Of a stretch of 64,000 nt of DNA, positions 40,001 through 50,102 are shown in pieces. Below the pieces are notes generated by a model that did not search any database, was not told where the DNA came from, and saw only the letters and a program-made list of their open reading frames with translations. Source of the DNA: a virus (taxonomy: Duplodnaviria; Caudoviricetes); the IMG/VR virus record IMGVR_UViG_3300037067_021792. One strand, given 5' to 3'. A program made the position numbers and the translations under genes. How positions within the stretch are numbered: the stretch's first letter is position 1; every line of letters begins with the position of its first letter.

Positions 40001-42171
40001 TGATAATTTTTGATTCTCCCGGGACATATTTAAGATCTGTTTATACAGATTCTGAAACCACAACAGCGTCTAATGAGGTTAACGTGTTTGTAGGTGATGG
40101 AAGTTCCACTACTATATATAGAGCAGATGTTGACAATTTGGATTTTATAAAAAGTTATAGTTCTTTTGGAAAAAACATTTATAAGATTAGTGGCATACTC
40201 AAAAGTGTTCTGAATGGCGGATCACAAACATCAGACACGGGCAGAACCACAGTAGCAGCGATAGGGGATGGGCTATTTAAATATAACGGCGTTACATGGG
40301 AGATGTTCTATCAACACGACAATGATATCTATGATTTTATAGAATATACAACTGGTGGAGTGCCCGGAGTATGGGTAGTGTCCAAAAACAAAGTCACTAA
40401 GTGGACATCAGAACTTAGTACAAAAACCGTATACCTACGGCTAAAAGACAAGGCCGGGAATATTAGCCAAGTTTCAGATGAGTATTGTCCAACCAAAGAA
40501 TCTTTATGTTGCACATCCTACTCAATTAATATTTCTGATTTAAAAGATTTTGTTAACGCTAATAGGATTTTGAATGTTGATGAATACGGCGTTATTCAAT
40601 ATTCTTATGACTCTTTTAATGACCAGTCATTTTATTCAGCTGACCAGATAGACCAAGAAATTGGAATATACATATCCGAAGTTCTGAACGGGTCTAATGA
40701 CCTGGTGTCCTGGAAAACCATAACGTGGGAATCCGTCGAACCCGTAGGCACGTCCGTAAATGTCCAAATACGAAGTGGAGCAGATGAAACCGAGTGTGCG
40801 GCATCAAGTTGGTCTACAAATCTAATTAAAGATGATACTGGTTTTGTTTCAATTGAGCATATAACAGATCAATTTTTACAATTTAAAGTCATTTTGACAA
40901 GTCAAAGTCGAAATGTGTCTTCATCACTGACATCGGTTACAATAAGAAATATTACATCCCAGGCTAGCCACTTTTTTACAACCAATTTTATTTTGCCAAG
41001 TAGACTGGTCAAGGGGATAATGACTACAAATACTTTTCTACCAATTTCATCTGATATAGTATTTGGAATAAATACGACGAATAGCGTTGACTTTAGTGGA
41101 TACCAGATAATAGAACCTAATAGAATTTTTACAACTACCAAAAAACAGTTTGGCGAAAATTTAAGAATAGGAGCTAAACTTCTATCTCCGGGAATTCCTT
41201 CTTTATCTGTGTCGAATAACCCGGGAGATCCTTACGATGAGTCTTCTTTCTTGTGCAACATAGATTTTGACCACACGAATATTGGCTCTACCAATTATGA
41301 TTACCATTTTAGAATTAGATTTTATAACGACATATATAGAACTCAGTTGATTTATACTAGATTCAGCGGAAACGATCAAACAGGGTGGAAAGTAGGAGTA
41401 TCATCATTTCCATCCACTGGAGTCTCGATTTCTGCCGGTGAAACAAAAAGCATATCATATATGCCAGATATAGAACAAAACCAAAAGTGGTATGTCACTA
41501 TCGACGCCTGGAACGGTATAACATACGAAAACGTATTGAATAATATGTCATATATATGTGCAACATGTAATGTGGAGAATGATCCTGGCTTAATATCGGA
41601 ATATTACACGTCTTTCACGAACGTTGGAATAACTCTGGCATCTATGCCCATTTTTAGTGATTTTACACCAGATTATATTTTCACTGAGAAAAACGTAAAC
41701 TTTTCAGGAACTACTGCCCTATGGGCATCAACAGACAGTGCTGCTCCGGTGTCTGGAATACCAGGAACATCTTCTAATTTTGCAATTAGACTGAAAGGAA
41801 GGATATCATGCCCTTCTGGGGGAATTTACGGTTTTTCTGTAATTGCAGATGATGGAGCAATACTAAAAATTAATGGAGACATTGTAATAGATCCTGTCGG
41901 AAGCCACACAATGCTAGAATCTGAAACCGGAAGTATTAGTTTAAATGCAGGATTTAATGATATAGAATTGCAATATTATGAAACAAGTGGCTCCTCTGGT
42001 TTAATCTTACTATGGATGTTGCCGGGAGAGTCTGTGTATACCGTTATTCCAGAGGATAAGTTTTTCCATTCTACGGTATCAGAATATTGCGAATCTAATG
42101 CCCCTAAAATATTTAACATTGCTATTCAGGTAGAATTGGAAAACGGGGAAACCGTAAAATTCAATTTGTAA
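34003..42171 (+). CDS. Giant multidomain putative virion protein (2722 aa): FN3/Ig modules, two lectin-like sandwiches, several beta-propellers, C-terminal PA14 domain
   Basis: FN3 (NPVFTWD...FEIQI...YYGQIR). Ig module YTFADPDGHEESGTKIRWY shared with the C-terminus of 50103-59426. Regulator-propeller-type blades PDDRVNDLFVD and SNGMRSSWVNDI. PA14 motif GLISEYY...NFAIRLKGRI...GIYGFSVIADDGAILKING...GFNDIELQYYE (~41585-42070). Confidence 0.85.
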   Translation: MAYIDIIRVNGQQSSGTITPVIAGLNPVFTWDYVETADALSQMTFEIQIGTSSDNWGTDIFNYNILQDSGESSNSYEYYKHSLLRGVVYYGQIRSIDEDHEETSWSMFSFKINRVPTAINPHLTPYNPTSSDHIDVNYTFADPDGHEESGTKIRWYRDGLPVLEYDDLCTLPASATYPGESWNARIIPSDGLEFGMVSETGSVVIGQSDIYISYITILPSDANVDDILKADYAIIDNEYSPFTGTILIEWYVNGTLCSSSSSQYVRLSLEPGDYVYAVIKIIEGSSIISQKQSSAVIISDVVWHLTSLEISGLSNPTYLNDLTPMVEWKVFKTTAESREKPDYFRFFITKTPSFDGAVFDTGYTQYVKDSYSIPENVLSRGNQYFIHVGAGDTTPFDENLYITKEIKISGSSWSENVSNNIGWTIEFRAGIEINDDNGDPIDPTSLDYTPNIGLYINDGTYFCAVVLGLKNITFISDSSIVYTYASNLGSLQITGASTGHTFQICGKENDVRIYMDGKVVLDAIGLLTNKSALKNIEYGNIDGKHENIAVFRYFRYSTKGAYGLDQNVNNPNLFYFSNIGTIDGGSIEFVYDNFISFTSDNGVDSSKLITFNETGDTIKLPTVVKNYSPITSIYIDENRSKFIGTANGVTAIYGDKHDPDYVLLTSGSDFNGIKPEDFDRISNVPIDKLSLVEPNARTGWFTIDTTYRTIGTIIPGTRFLTGAGDPYNPYSPEILSRAIHYYSQRTHGHSWFDRVDNKIGWQVAFSFNLEYLEADDFQETDIDKTDFGIYINDGTRQEIIYFYKDRIRLYYANIYVPLDTTKIRNYVISGKDDSLLIYQRLFNSSTSGYQLSLNGAGLFTTPSDKSGNSRNPNIEVDSFGFYHAVWHDDGDRWSKIVYSFYDGQSWSQPESVVESSKFNLRNPRISIDSHDRIWVVYEDTSWGNTEISVSVRDTVGWNSKTRVTNFSSQKSNPDIIIDTNNNVHLVWQDNRNGNWEILWCQWDDIKKAWISSGHFGEDEVIMSYAEDDPYQNASAIDYKKPRMSIIYPYLWVVAEGHIKDDSTSAIYMGYRDLSSGYWNGPGSIIKENGEFYAAGISNIVSLSGRNCLNPDITGNALTKDFVVVWEDQTTPISQIWGSAWFYDTTNKASAQQITSRILNCKNPVCGYVSNQVVILYEADNDIYLSSYNPSYSQFLGSFSGYTDQLITIDNDKIVSNPDLPSNNISTTFILAYDFQKSRDVNSIESVEYPEYQLIGDAVVEHNLDSEFSITSTTETIQNGDVSWIDTKEFAFGDFSENVGIRAHWKDIEFYFGYDAKPQSVIKYNSNSVPSWPDDRVNDLFVDSYGNIVSATFGGLVYYNVFTNQLTLIEGHTPTYSSDTGCTSETCLLAMSDGSGKLITSVKWGGSGIWYVGTASGLYYTNTAGRTWFPIQSGGQPIFSNKIINDMVVDQHGNAIVSAISSGSSYDSSFDGIYVVNPKNSAQTRIPVSFQIRCVAVDENDIIWGGGDSGLIRIENYSNTNLITFDRSNGMRSSWVNDIAIVNKYLRYIATAAGIERMHGMKFASINVRTHELTNDNINVVEWHSSTNSLWVGSLYSLHEIIFRDVFHDIISDEVTHYDSSNISTEEVYDRSTYMILDFSQSDQNVTTESASIFINGNEIEFGYTVSNNSIQFLTNLLVNDQVEIEISNRFLTFKDFNQTNIEKSVLGFKRSVIKQMIRSSKNQYLVRSTGDKNTIMLYAGESSLPYDTISLDLVAPVGCIEQLDILSRSKIRFRILASDDLSGVESYMLSNYENFTSDGTNELDWSPIASVVDHDIGMNINNVYDSLSLETGTGSSLGIWNDQPNNKIYLYAGTSSPAVISRYDPTTEIWTKLLDINPIDSTTIITGIKTIDNVIYVTAGSPSGSGRIYKSVDGTNFDLVSSISGAYARGICPSDDGHIYFGSSDGSVYAYKDSILSLPDYLKDISESIYDLNIFNNILYIASGNKGRLYAIDLKSYDHLIIFDSPGTYLRSVYTDSETTTASNEVNVFVGDGSSTTIYRADVDNLDFIKSYSSFGKNIYKISGILKSVLNGGSQTSDTGRTTVAAIGDGLFKYNGVTWEMFYQHDNDIYDFIEYTTGGVPGVWVVSKNKVTKWTSELSTKTVYLRLKDKAGNISQVSDEYCPTKESLCCTSYSINISDLKDFVNANRILNVDEYGVIQYSYDSFNDQSFYSADQIDQEIGIYISEVLNGSNDLVSWKTITWESVEPVGTSVNVQIRSGADETECAASSWSTNLIKDDTGFVSIEHITDQFLQFKVILTSQSRNVSSSLTSVTIRNITSQASHFFTTNFILPSRLVKGIMTTNTFLPISSDIVFGINTTNSVDFSGYQIIEPNRIFTTTKKQFGENLRIGAKLLSPGIPSLSVSNNPGDPYDESSFLCNIDFDHTNIGSTNYDYHFRIRFYNDIYRTQLIYTRFSGNDQTGWKVGVSSFPSTGVSISAGETKSISYMPDIEQNQKWYVTIDAWNGITYENVLNNMSYICATCNVENDPGLISEYYTSFTNVGITLASMPIFSDFTPDYIFTEKNVNFSGTTALWASTDSAAPVSGIPGTSSNFAIRLKGRISCPSGGIYGFSVIADDGAILKINGDIVIDPVGSHTMLESETGSISLNAGFNDIELQYYETSGSSGLILLWMLPGESVYTVIPEDKFFHSTVSEYCESNAPKIFNIAIQVELENGETVKFNL

Positions 42172-42204
42172 ATGTTCATCATATTTATAACGCAAAGAAA
42201 GGAG

Positions 42205-42260
42205 GTCAAGAGGGATGCCTATTAATACAAAAAATTATTTGTTAGAGGCATTCCTCTGAC
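42205..42260 (+). promoter_or_regulatory. Long hairpin enclosing the start codon and premature stop of the next gene
   Basis: GTCA-(A)-GAGGGATGCCT (42205-42220) pairs with AGGCATTCCTC-TGAC (42246-42260), with inner ACAAA/TTTGT pairing. Strong RBS AAAGGAGG lies just 5'. Confidence 0.55.
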
Positions 42261-45200
42261 GAGATTGATGGAGATGTTTACTCTGCCCTATCGGACAAAC
42301 GCAGATTTACCATTATTGATAACCATTTGTATCGGATATCCGAGATAATCGGAAACGGGAGAATTGACGGGTGGGATATCGAGGCTGGAATATTTCCAAG
42401 TGTAATCGTTTCTCGCGGAAGTGGTATTATTGATGGTTATTATTTAAACACATTTGATGATCAGGTATTTAATCTTACTCAGAATGGGAATTTTTATTTT
42501 TACGCACAAAGAAGAGTTGGAATTATCGGTTCTAACGGTCCCAAATCTGATGTTAGATCCATTCAATATATAGATTCCGGGCCACCTGGCGATATAACAT
42601 CAATTAGCATATCTTCTCCTGATCCATTTTCAGTGATTATTACATTCTCTGCTGTGTCGGATAATGATTTGGATTATTATGAAATTTATAGAAGAGACGG
42701 CAGCACTGGATCTTTTAATGTAATTTCAACCACAGAGGAAACTACCTTCTCGGACTCAGTTGACGAGTTCTCGCAGTATGATTATCAAATATATGCTGTA
42801 GACCAGAGCGGAAACAGGTCGGCCAATCCAGCCACAGCTTCAATAACTACGGACTTGGCCAGTATTTTACCACCTAACCCAATCAATGTTTTAATGCCTA
42901 CGTCTAAATCTTCAGTTAACATTCTGTGGTCGAAGCCTCCAACCTTAGATATTGATCAAATAAACAATTGGAAGATTTCTTATGTGGAGCTAGATAGTGA
43001 GGACGCACCGATTGATTCTACCAGAACTGATTTTTTGATCAATAGATCGCTCTACAGCGATAGAATAGATGATCTTAAAATCGGACAGAAGTATCAGATT
43101 GCATTGCAAACAGTAGATTTATATAATAGGGAATCTATCGGGGTATCAAAGAATATAGTGCCACAACCGAGTTCTGGACCCAACGATCCAGTGGTTATTA
43201 CGTATTCCCAATCTAAATCAGACGAAAGTGGTATACGAGTTGATTTGTCATGGACGGATGGAGATACGCCATATTACCCAATCAAATCAAGACGGTATAA
43301 AATATATACTACGATTGAAGGGCAAATAGAGAGTGACGCTATCAATGTCCCAATTGGATATACCGATGAACAGATTTCTTTAGTTCCATACAACAGTGCA
43401 TCCGAATATAGAATAATCCCGGAGAATACTTTGATAACTTTCAGAGTTGTTGCTGTGGATGATCAGGAATACGAAAGTTCAGGAAATTATGTTAGATTTG
43501 TGACCGACATAGTTTCACCCACCCTTAGATTAGAGAATGTTCAATCTACGTTTGATTTGGACACTGCCAAAATCAGAATTACGTGGGACAATCGAAAAGA
43601 TACATACCAAATAAACATTATTATATTAGATACCGACTTAGAAGATCCATATACCACCGATGTAATAGTTATTAATACCATTGTCAGATCATCGCTGTAT
43701 GAATTTAACGGAGCTGAAATAAACCATAAATACAAGATATATCTTACTCCATATAACGTGGCGGGTAATGCTGGACCAGTATCCAATAAAACAGTGCTTA
43801 CAACATCTGGAATTGTGGGAACAATTCCAAAACCTAGCCCTCCAGATAAAATAGACATTAAGTCGAACGACCGGGAAATATCCATTGCATGGAATGATTC
43901 CATGTCTAATTTGACAACGGAATATAGAATATACAGAAAAGCAGGCGACATAAGCACTAGATATTCAGATTGGAAAATGATAGATCAAGTGCCTAGAAGT
44001 TCGCGGTTATTTACGGATTACGGGCTAGAAAATGACCAATTATATTCTTACTATTTAACAGGAGTAGATATATATGGAAATGAATCTTTGCATTTACTAA
44101 ACGGAGTTATAAATCTAGCATATGTCCAGGGCACACCCAAGAAAGAAGGGTCCACCACAGAACCTGACAATGTTCAACTGTCATTATCTAATGGACATAT
44201 TCTTATTACTTGGGACTCTTTACTTGAAGAATTTGATGGTTTCTCTATATATAGAAGTCATAATAATTTGCACAGCTGGGTTAAAATTGCAGATGTAGGC
44301 AGAGATACATTTTCCTTTTTGGATATAGAAATGCCAATGATAGATGGAACTATTATATATTATATGATAGATAAAACCGTCAACGATACGGATATAGTAG
44401 TCCAATCCTTTGACGTTTTGCCAGATCATTCTATTTATTTGGGCGCTGTTAGCACATCGGGATCTGAATTCGCCAGCATCGACACAGCATCCAGGCGCGA
44501 CATAAAGGATATGTTAGACCCAATATCCGAATACACAAATCAATACTTACTTACTCACAAACACTCGGGGATTGAAAATAACCCCGACAGGATTGATCTA
44601 AACTCTAAGCTAATTATAACCAAGTGGAGTACGAATGATGGTAAAACATTTACCACTCAAGAGGACATCCGAAATGGCACATCTTATGTTTTAAAAGTCA
44701 ACGGAAGAATCCCGAGTGTTCTATATGAGATAAATGTCGATGTCGGAAGTATTACTTTCGTTGATAAAATAGCAGATATAGAGACGGGCACGACTACAAA
44801 TATTCCAGATATAGAATTGATGGTATTCGGAGTAGAAGAAGTACAAGGTGTTTTGCCGGTTTCAGGGTTTAATGATATCCATGCAAGACAGGTAAGGTAT
44901 GGAGTGCTCACATCTGAGCAGATTCCTGATTTAGATCACGAAGGCAGAATATTTGAATCTGTATATCCAGATAGATATTTACTGGAGAGATATAGCAATC
45001 ACACTTTTTCAATCCCGCAATATAGTAGGGATTTAGGTAAAAATTTTGGGAATGGAACCACGTTTTATTCAATCATAGACGGCGATGGAGAGATAGAAAC
45101 CCTTGTAGATTGGGACAAGTACAATAATGGTGAGCGAGTTATGTTCCAGAAGCCATCCTATTCTGGGACTACTTTGCATAATTTGAAATTAAATACAGCA

Positions 45201-48200
45201 CAAGAAACTGTAAATACTTTTGCTGATAACGCGGTATACGATTCTGGTGGAACTTGGTATTCAAATCCGACTTATTTATACCTTGGGGATAATGCTACTT
45301 TTCAGTCTGATATTTACCTTCGATTTCCCATTAACTTTATATCCAGTTTTTCATTAGTTTCTGCAACAGTCCCATTCACCGCCCATGAATCTTTTGGTAG
45401 TCAGGTTGTGGTTAAAATTTCATACTTGGATCCAGCATCATATAGTGACTCGCTTGATTTGGATACTGATGCTGCGAGGTTTGTCCAGGGCAAGGGTTCT
45501 ATAATATGGAATCCTCAGAACTGGGCAGATGGGGCAACCGAATCTGTTGATGTGACATCATTAATCAATCAGTTCATGCAAGAATCGGATTATGCAGACG
45601 GTAACCATATTATATTAAAATTTGAAACTATAAGTTCTGGTGTGGGACATTATAGATCTGCTTACTCTTTTAATGATATAACCCTGGCACCAACCCTTGA
45701 TTTGCGTTATACTGTAGATTTATCAGAGGTAACCAGTAGTATACAATTTCAAAATCTTAAATCGTATCATTTACAGTTTGAATTTGAAGATAACTCTACC
45801 ACTAGATGGGTAAGGATCACAACTTCTGATTCAGGAATATTTCCAAATCCGATTATTAATTTGAAAAAAAGATTGAGATTTAAAATATATTTACCATCCC
45901 GATCCATACGTATGGGAATTGGAATTAGAGAGGTATTGGGAGAATCGCTTCAAATCGGAGAAAATGGTGGCATGTCAGGCGCCATTGAGTGGGTTAATGT
46001 GCCTGATTTTGTAATAGATGAGAACAACGTGGTTCCGGTGGGTCAATCTATATCCCCTGGCATATGGCATGATATCGATATAGACTTCTCTAACACCAGC
46101 ATATTAAGTTTTGAAAATGGGAACGGACAAATTAGCGAGAAGTATGGAGTATTAGAGCATTTAGCGTTTACTGTTGATCCAGAAAACCCATCGTCTGGAC
46201 CATTTGATGTGTATATAAATAAAATTGAGCAATCAAGCGATTTGTTAGTGTCTGGAACAAGCAATGGTATACAGATATCAGACGATTTTGGAAGTTCATG
46301 GAAGGTATCAAGGCTCACGGAAACTCCTGTGCATAAATTTTATAAATCTAAGAATAGCAACTTTTTGTGGGCAATTTCTTCAACAGAAGTGTTACTATCT
46401 ACCGATCCAGTTAAATGGTATACAATCAAAGGTGTTACAGGCGTACAAAGCATCAGAGACATAGCAGAAGATTCTGTTGGTAATATTTATATTTCTACTG
46501 AGCGTGGAGTTTTTACTTTAGACATATCTAGAATATATAATTTTGCCCTGTTCGAGCAGACTCAACCGATTGCTGCATTTACCACTGATTGTTATGGGCT
46601 ATACCATAACAATATATCTTCTGGAATTGACGAGATATGGGTTAGTACTGAATTTGGGATTTATAGAACTTCCGACACCGGTTCTACGTGGGAAGATACA
46701 GGATTACGAACGTTGGGCTTGCCTGTCTTTCAATTTCAAAATATTGGGACATCTCAAAACCCGAATATTATAGGAATGACCAGAAAACACATCTTGCGCA
46801 AGCGACATACTGACGATCAGTTTTATGCGATAACCAACTTCGATGACCAGCATGGAATTTCTGATAATTGGACATTTGAATATTTTTCTGAAAAACTATA
46901 TGTATCTAATGGCGGTGGAGTCTATGCTAATGATAAGGATTTAATTTTTACGCCCGGAACAGTGGATATTTCCTTTAGCAGAGTGATGCCTCAGCTTGAC
47001 AGAAACGGACACATAGCCACCACTTTCTGTTTAAATAAGGTTATATCTGAATCTAACAATTATGTTATGTTTGCTGGTCAAGAAAATAGGTTATTTTTAG
47101 TTGATAATGATGATAAAGTTCATACTAGATCGGTATTTTATGGGGAGCTTCCTAGTTTTTACGTGGACGATGTAGAACAAAATATCGGCTATACTTATAA
47201 TAATTTTAATGGTGTTATATCATTCAGAGAATATATAGGGATAAATCAAATAGTATCTTCTGCAACTTTGCCTCGCAGAGTTTTCCATGCATCCAACGGT
47301 GGTTGGGCCCTCACAAATCCAATGGCGGAAATATTTATATACATAGATGGTAACCCGACATGGTTGTTCTTTCAAATCAACAGCAGCAGGATATTGAATG
47401 AAATACAATTGATAAAAAGCGATATAGAAAATTTACCAGATTTAGATGACTTCAACAGTATTTTACCACAGTCTCAACAATACATGGATAGTACTATAGG
47501 AGACATAAATACAATATTAAGTGGTGGAAAAGATGGAACGCCGTTAATATCAAATGACACTATAATAACATTTCTGGATGATTTTACTAGATTTAAATCT
47601 TTATTAACTACTGATATTTCTGCAACCGTCAAGAATCCTGAAATAATTATTTCTGGAATCCCTAGATCAGAGGCTTTAGCCACCAGCAGGGGAGTGATAC
47701 TAGAACTATCTGAAGATTTTTCATCGAGCCATAGTGTGGGCATAGATATAAGTACATTTAATGGCGTGATAGATTTCAGGTCTGCATATGCGAATGCCAC
47801 GACTCCGGAAGATAGAGATTTATTTTCTTTTGATAAATTTGATCATATGAATATCACAGTATTTAATTCCAATATAAAAAACACCGGCGAACTGACACAC
47901 CGACAAACTGAGGATAAAATGGAGGAAGTAGGTACTGGACTGTCTGAAAATATGTCCAGATCATTTTACACGAATTTAATAAAAACAGGTATTTTTGCCG
48001 AATTAAATAATCATTTTTTGTTCGACAGATATAATGTGTCAAATATACAAAGTAAGTTTTACGCCGCACATACGGCATCCTGGTATGATTTGGTGAATTC
48101 TACAATAGACTATGATACAGTAATCGAGGTTGATGCTGTTTTGGAGTCGAGATTTGTCAATGTAATTATACAGACGAGTGGTGACCCGTATTTGCCCAAT

Positions 48201-49103
48201 AAAATTTGGATTGGAACAGACAGGCACATTTCACAATATGACATAGTTAACGACCCATACTTTGGCACGGAAGAGCTTAGCATGACGGGAATTATAATTC
48301 CTGGTAATTATGATTTTATGTCAATATGGGATATCTGGGAGTATAATGGTAAAGTATATGCTGTTGCATCTGATCCTGATCAATCTGGTCACATTTATTA
48401 TACATCAGATTATGGAATAACATGGAACGAGATAGAAACAACAAATTTGCCTAATGAAATATATTCTTTCAGAATGATCAATAATATCAAAATAGTTGGA
48501 ACGCAGCAGGGAGTATATTACTGTGACAACGATTTGGAGGAGTGGTATGCTGCGGATGTTGTTTTATCCAAATACTTGTCTGGAAAAGACCCAATAAATG
48601 CATTTGGACGTTCGATGTGGAAGTTGGTTCATTCTAATTTTTTGACGTGCGAATCTGACCGGTGGTTCTACACGTCTGGATCTGGCAAAGAGTTCTTTTG
48701 CCCCGGACGTATGTCAGAGAACAAGTGTTCTTCCGTGAACTCTGTTCTTCGTTTTAAAAACTTAACATGGATTGCCACAAATAAAGGATTATATAATGAT
48801 GGTAATTCAATATTATCTGACAATGTTCAGTTCGGCCTGCAAATAATTGAGGCAACAGAGGAGTCCTCTTTACTACCTATAAATGATATTACAAACAGCG
48901 CCGACTCTGTGTATGCGTGCTCAAGCAATGAGTTTATTTATCGATTTTGGGACGGCATTTGGGACAAATATTTTGTTCCAGACTTTGGGCCAATTCATAA
49001 ATTGTTTTATTGTAATACAGAAGTAAAACAATTGTTAATAGCTATTTCTTATGATAAATCAAAAGTAATAGACGTGACACCTGGCATTGGAGTTTTTGGG
49101 TAA
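42215..49103 (+). CDS. Giant FN3/DNRLRE-like/BNR-propeller putative virion protein (~2290 aa) with a frame disruption after codon 14
   Basis: RBS-led ATG 42215 gives MPINTKNYLLEAFL*. The main frame (open from 42246) continues IDGDVYSALSDKRRFTIIDNHLYRISEIIGNG, and together they align with the N-terminus of 506-3859. Multiple FN3 domains (YEIYRR..., YYLTGVDIYGNES); Asp-box motifs SDDFGSSW, TSDTGSTW, TSDYGITW. The ORF track uses internal TTG 42327. Confidence 0.75.
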
Positions 49104-50101
49104 TGTCAATAGATCTTATTTCTGCTGCCAACACGGCTTATACGACAGGGACCATATTAGGACAAATTGTCCGATTCGAAGATGGTGATATATATGACCC
49201 GTATGGGACAAGAAAAAAAGTAGACAAGGTGTCATTAAATCTATCTGTAAATACTGCAGGAAGGAAGGATTATGTTGAGGAATCGGGTGGATTGGCAGCA
49301 TTTCAGGCTGCAAACTTTCAGGAGTCAAGGGATGGATGGGTATTTCAGCCAACAATTAATTGGCAACCGGGTAATAGTTGGGAGAGTAGTGGCACTCCGA
49401 TTGTAAATTCTTTTCAATCTCAATATTACAGTGGGTGGGATGACTCTGTTGTTAACGCATCATTTATAAAATACGAAATTCTTTTTAGTACTGTCGGTAA
49501 CTATGACGTATGGGGATATGGAAAAACATCCGGCGGCAATGCATATTGGTCATTCCAAAATAACATAAGTGATATATATGATTTTACACTCGGAGAGATA
49601 ACCGACAGTAGACCAAGATGGACCAAAATAGGAAGCGTAGATATAGAGGAAGGAGGGGTATACACATTTACTGTATATTTGTCTGATGCATCCCTTGTAT
49701 TGTTAGACCAATGGTGTTTTGTTAGCTCTGTTCTGGGTAATATATTTGCAGGAAGCAATGTCCCTGTGACAAACTCGGTCGGTCCTTTTAATACTGTTGT
49801 TCGAGTAAGGAGTTTATCATCAGACGACAGCGTTGACAGTATAAATTCTCCGACTTCTATTGGCCCTAAATCTATATCAGCATGGCTTCCATCCAAAAAT
49901 ATTATTGCGTCAGGAAAACATAATTATGCCATCAAAGGAATTTCTGATACATATTTTGTTGGTGGATTAACCATAGAATACTGGCAAATTGGTGGGAGTG
50001 AAGACCATTTTGCTGCATGGCGGTATTCGTTTCCGAGTACAAGTGTGGGGAAATCGTTTATAAGCAATGATTTGGGTCAGAATTATCAAGTATCGGAATA
50101 A
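49103..50101 (+). CDS. Hypothetical protein with CBM-like beta-sandwich (332 aa)
   Basis: TAATG overlap. YVEESGGLAAFQAANF...YEILFSTVGNYDVW...W......IEEGGVYTFTVY...LLDQW resembles galactose-binding-like CBM folds. Confidence 0.65.
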   Translation: MSIDLISAANTAYTTGTILGQIVRFEDGDIYDPYGTRKKVDKVSLNLSVNTAGRKDYVEESGGLAAFQAANFQESRDGWVFQPTINWQPGNSWESSGTPIVNSFQSQYYSGWDDSVVNASFIKYEILFSTVGNYDVWGYGKTSGGNAYWSFQNNISDIYDFTLGEITDSRPRWTKIGSVDIEEGGVYTFTVYLSDASLVLLDQWCFVSSVLGNIFAGSNVPVTNSVGPFNTVVRVRSLSSDDSVDSINSPTSIGPKSISAWLPSKNIIASGKHNYAIKGISDTYFVGGLTIEYWQIGGSEDHFAAWRYSFPSTSVGKSFISNDLGQNYQVSE

Positions 50102-50102
50102 T

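Noticed and set aside
42197-42263. Hammerhead ribozyme (CTGACGAG core after a stem, GAAA and GTC upstream)
   Set aside because: No stem III can form after GAAA, the bases 5' of the stem are AAG rather than NUH, and there is no stem II partner; better explained as a simple long hairpin.
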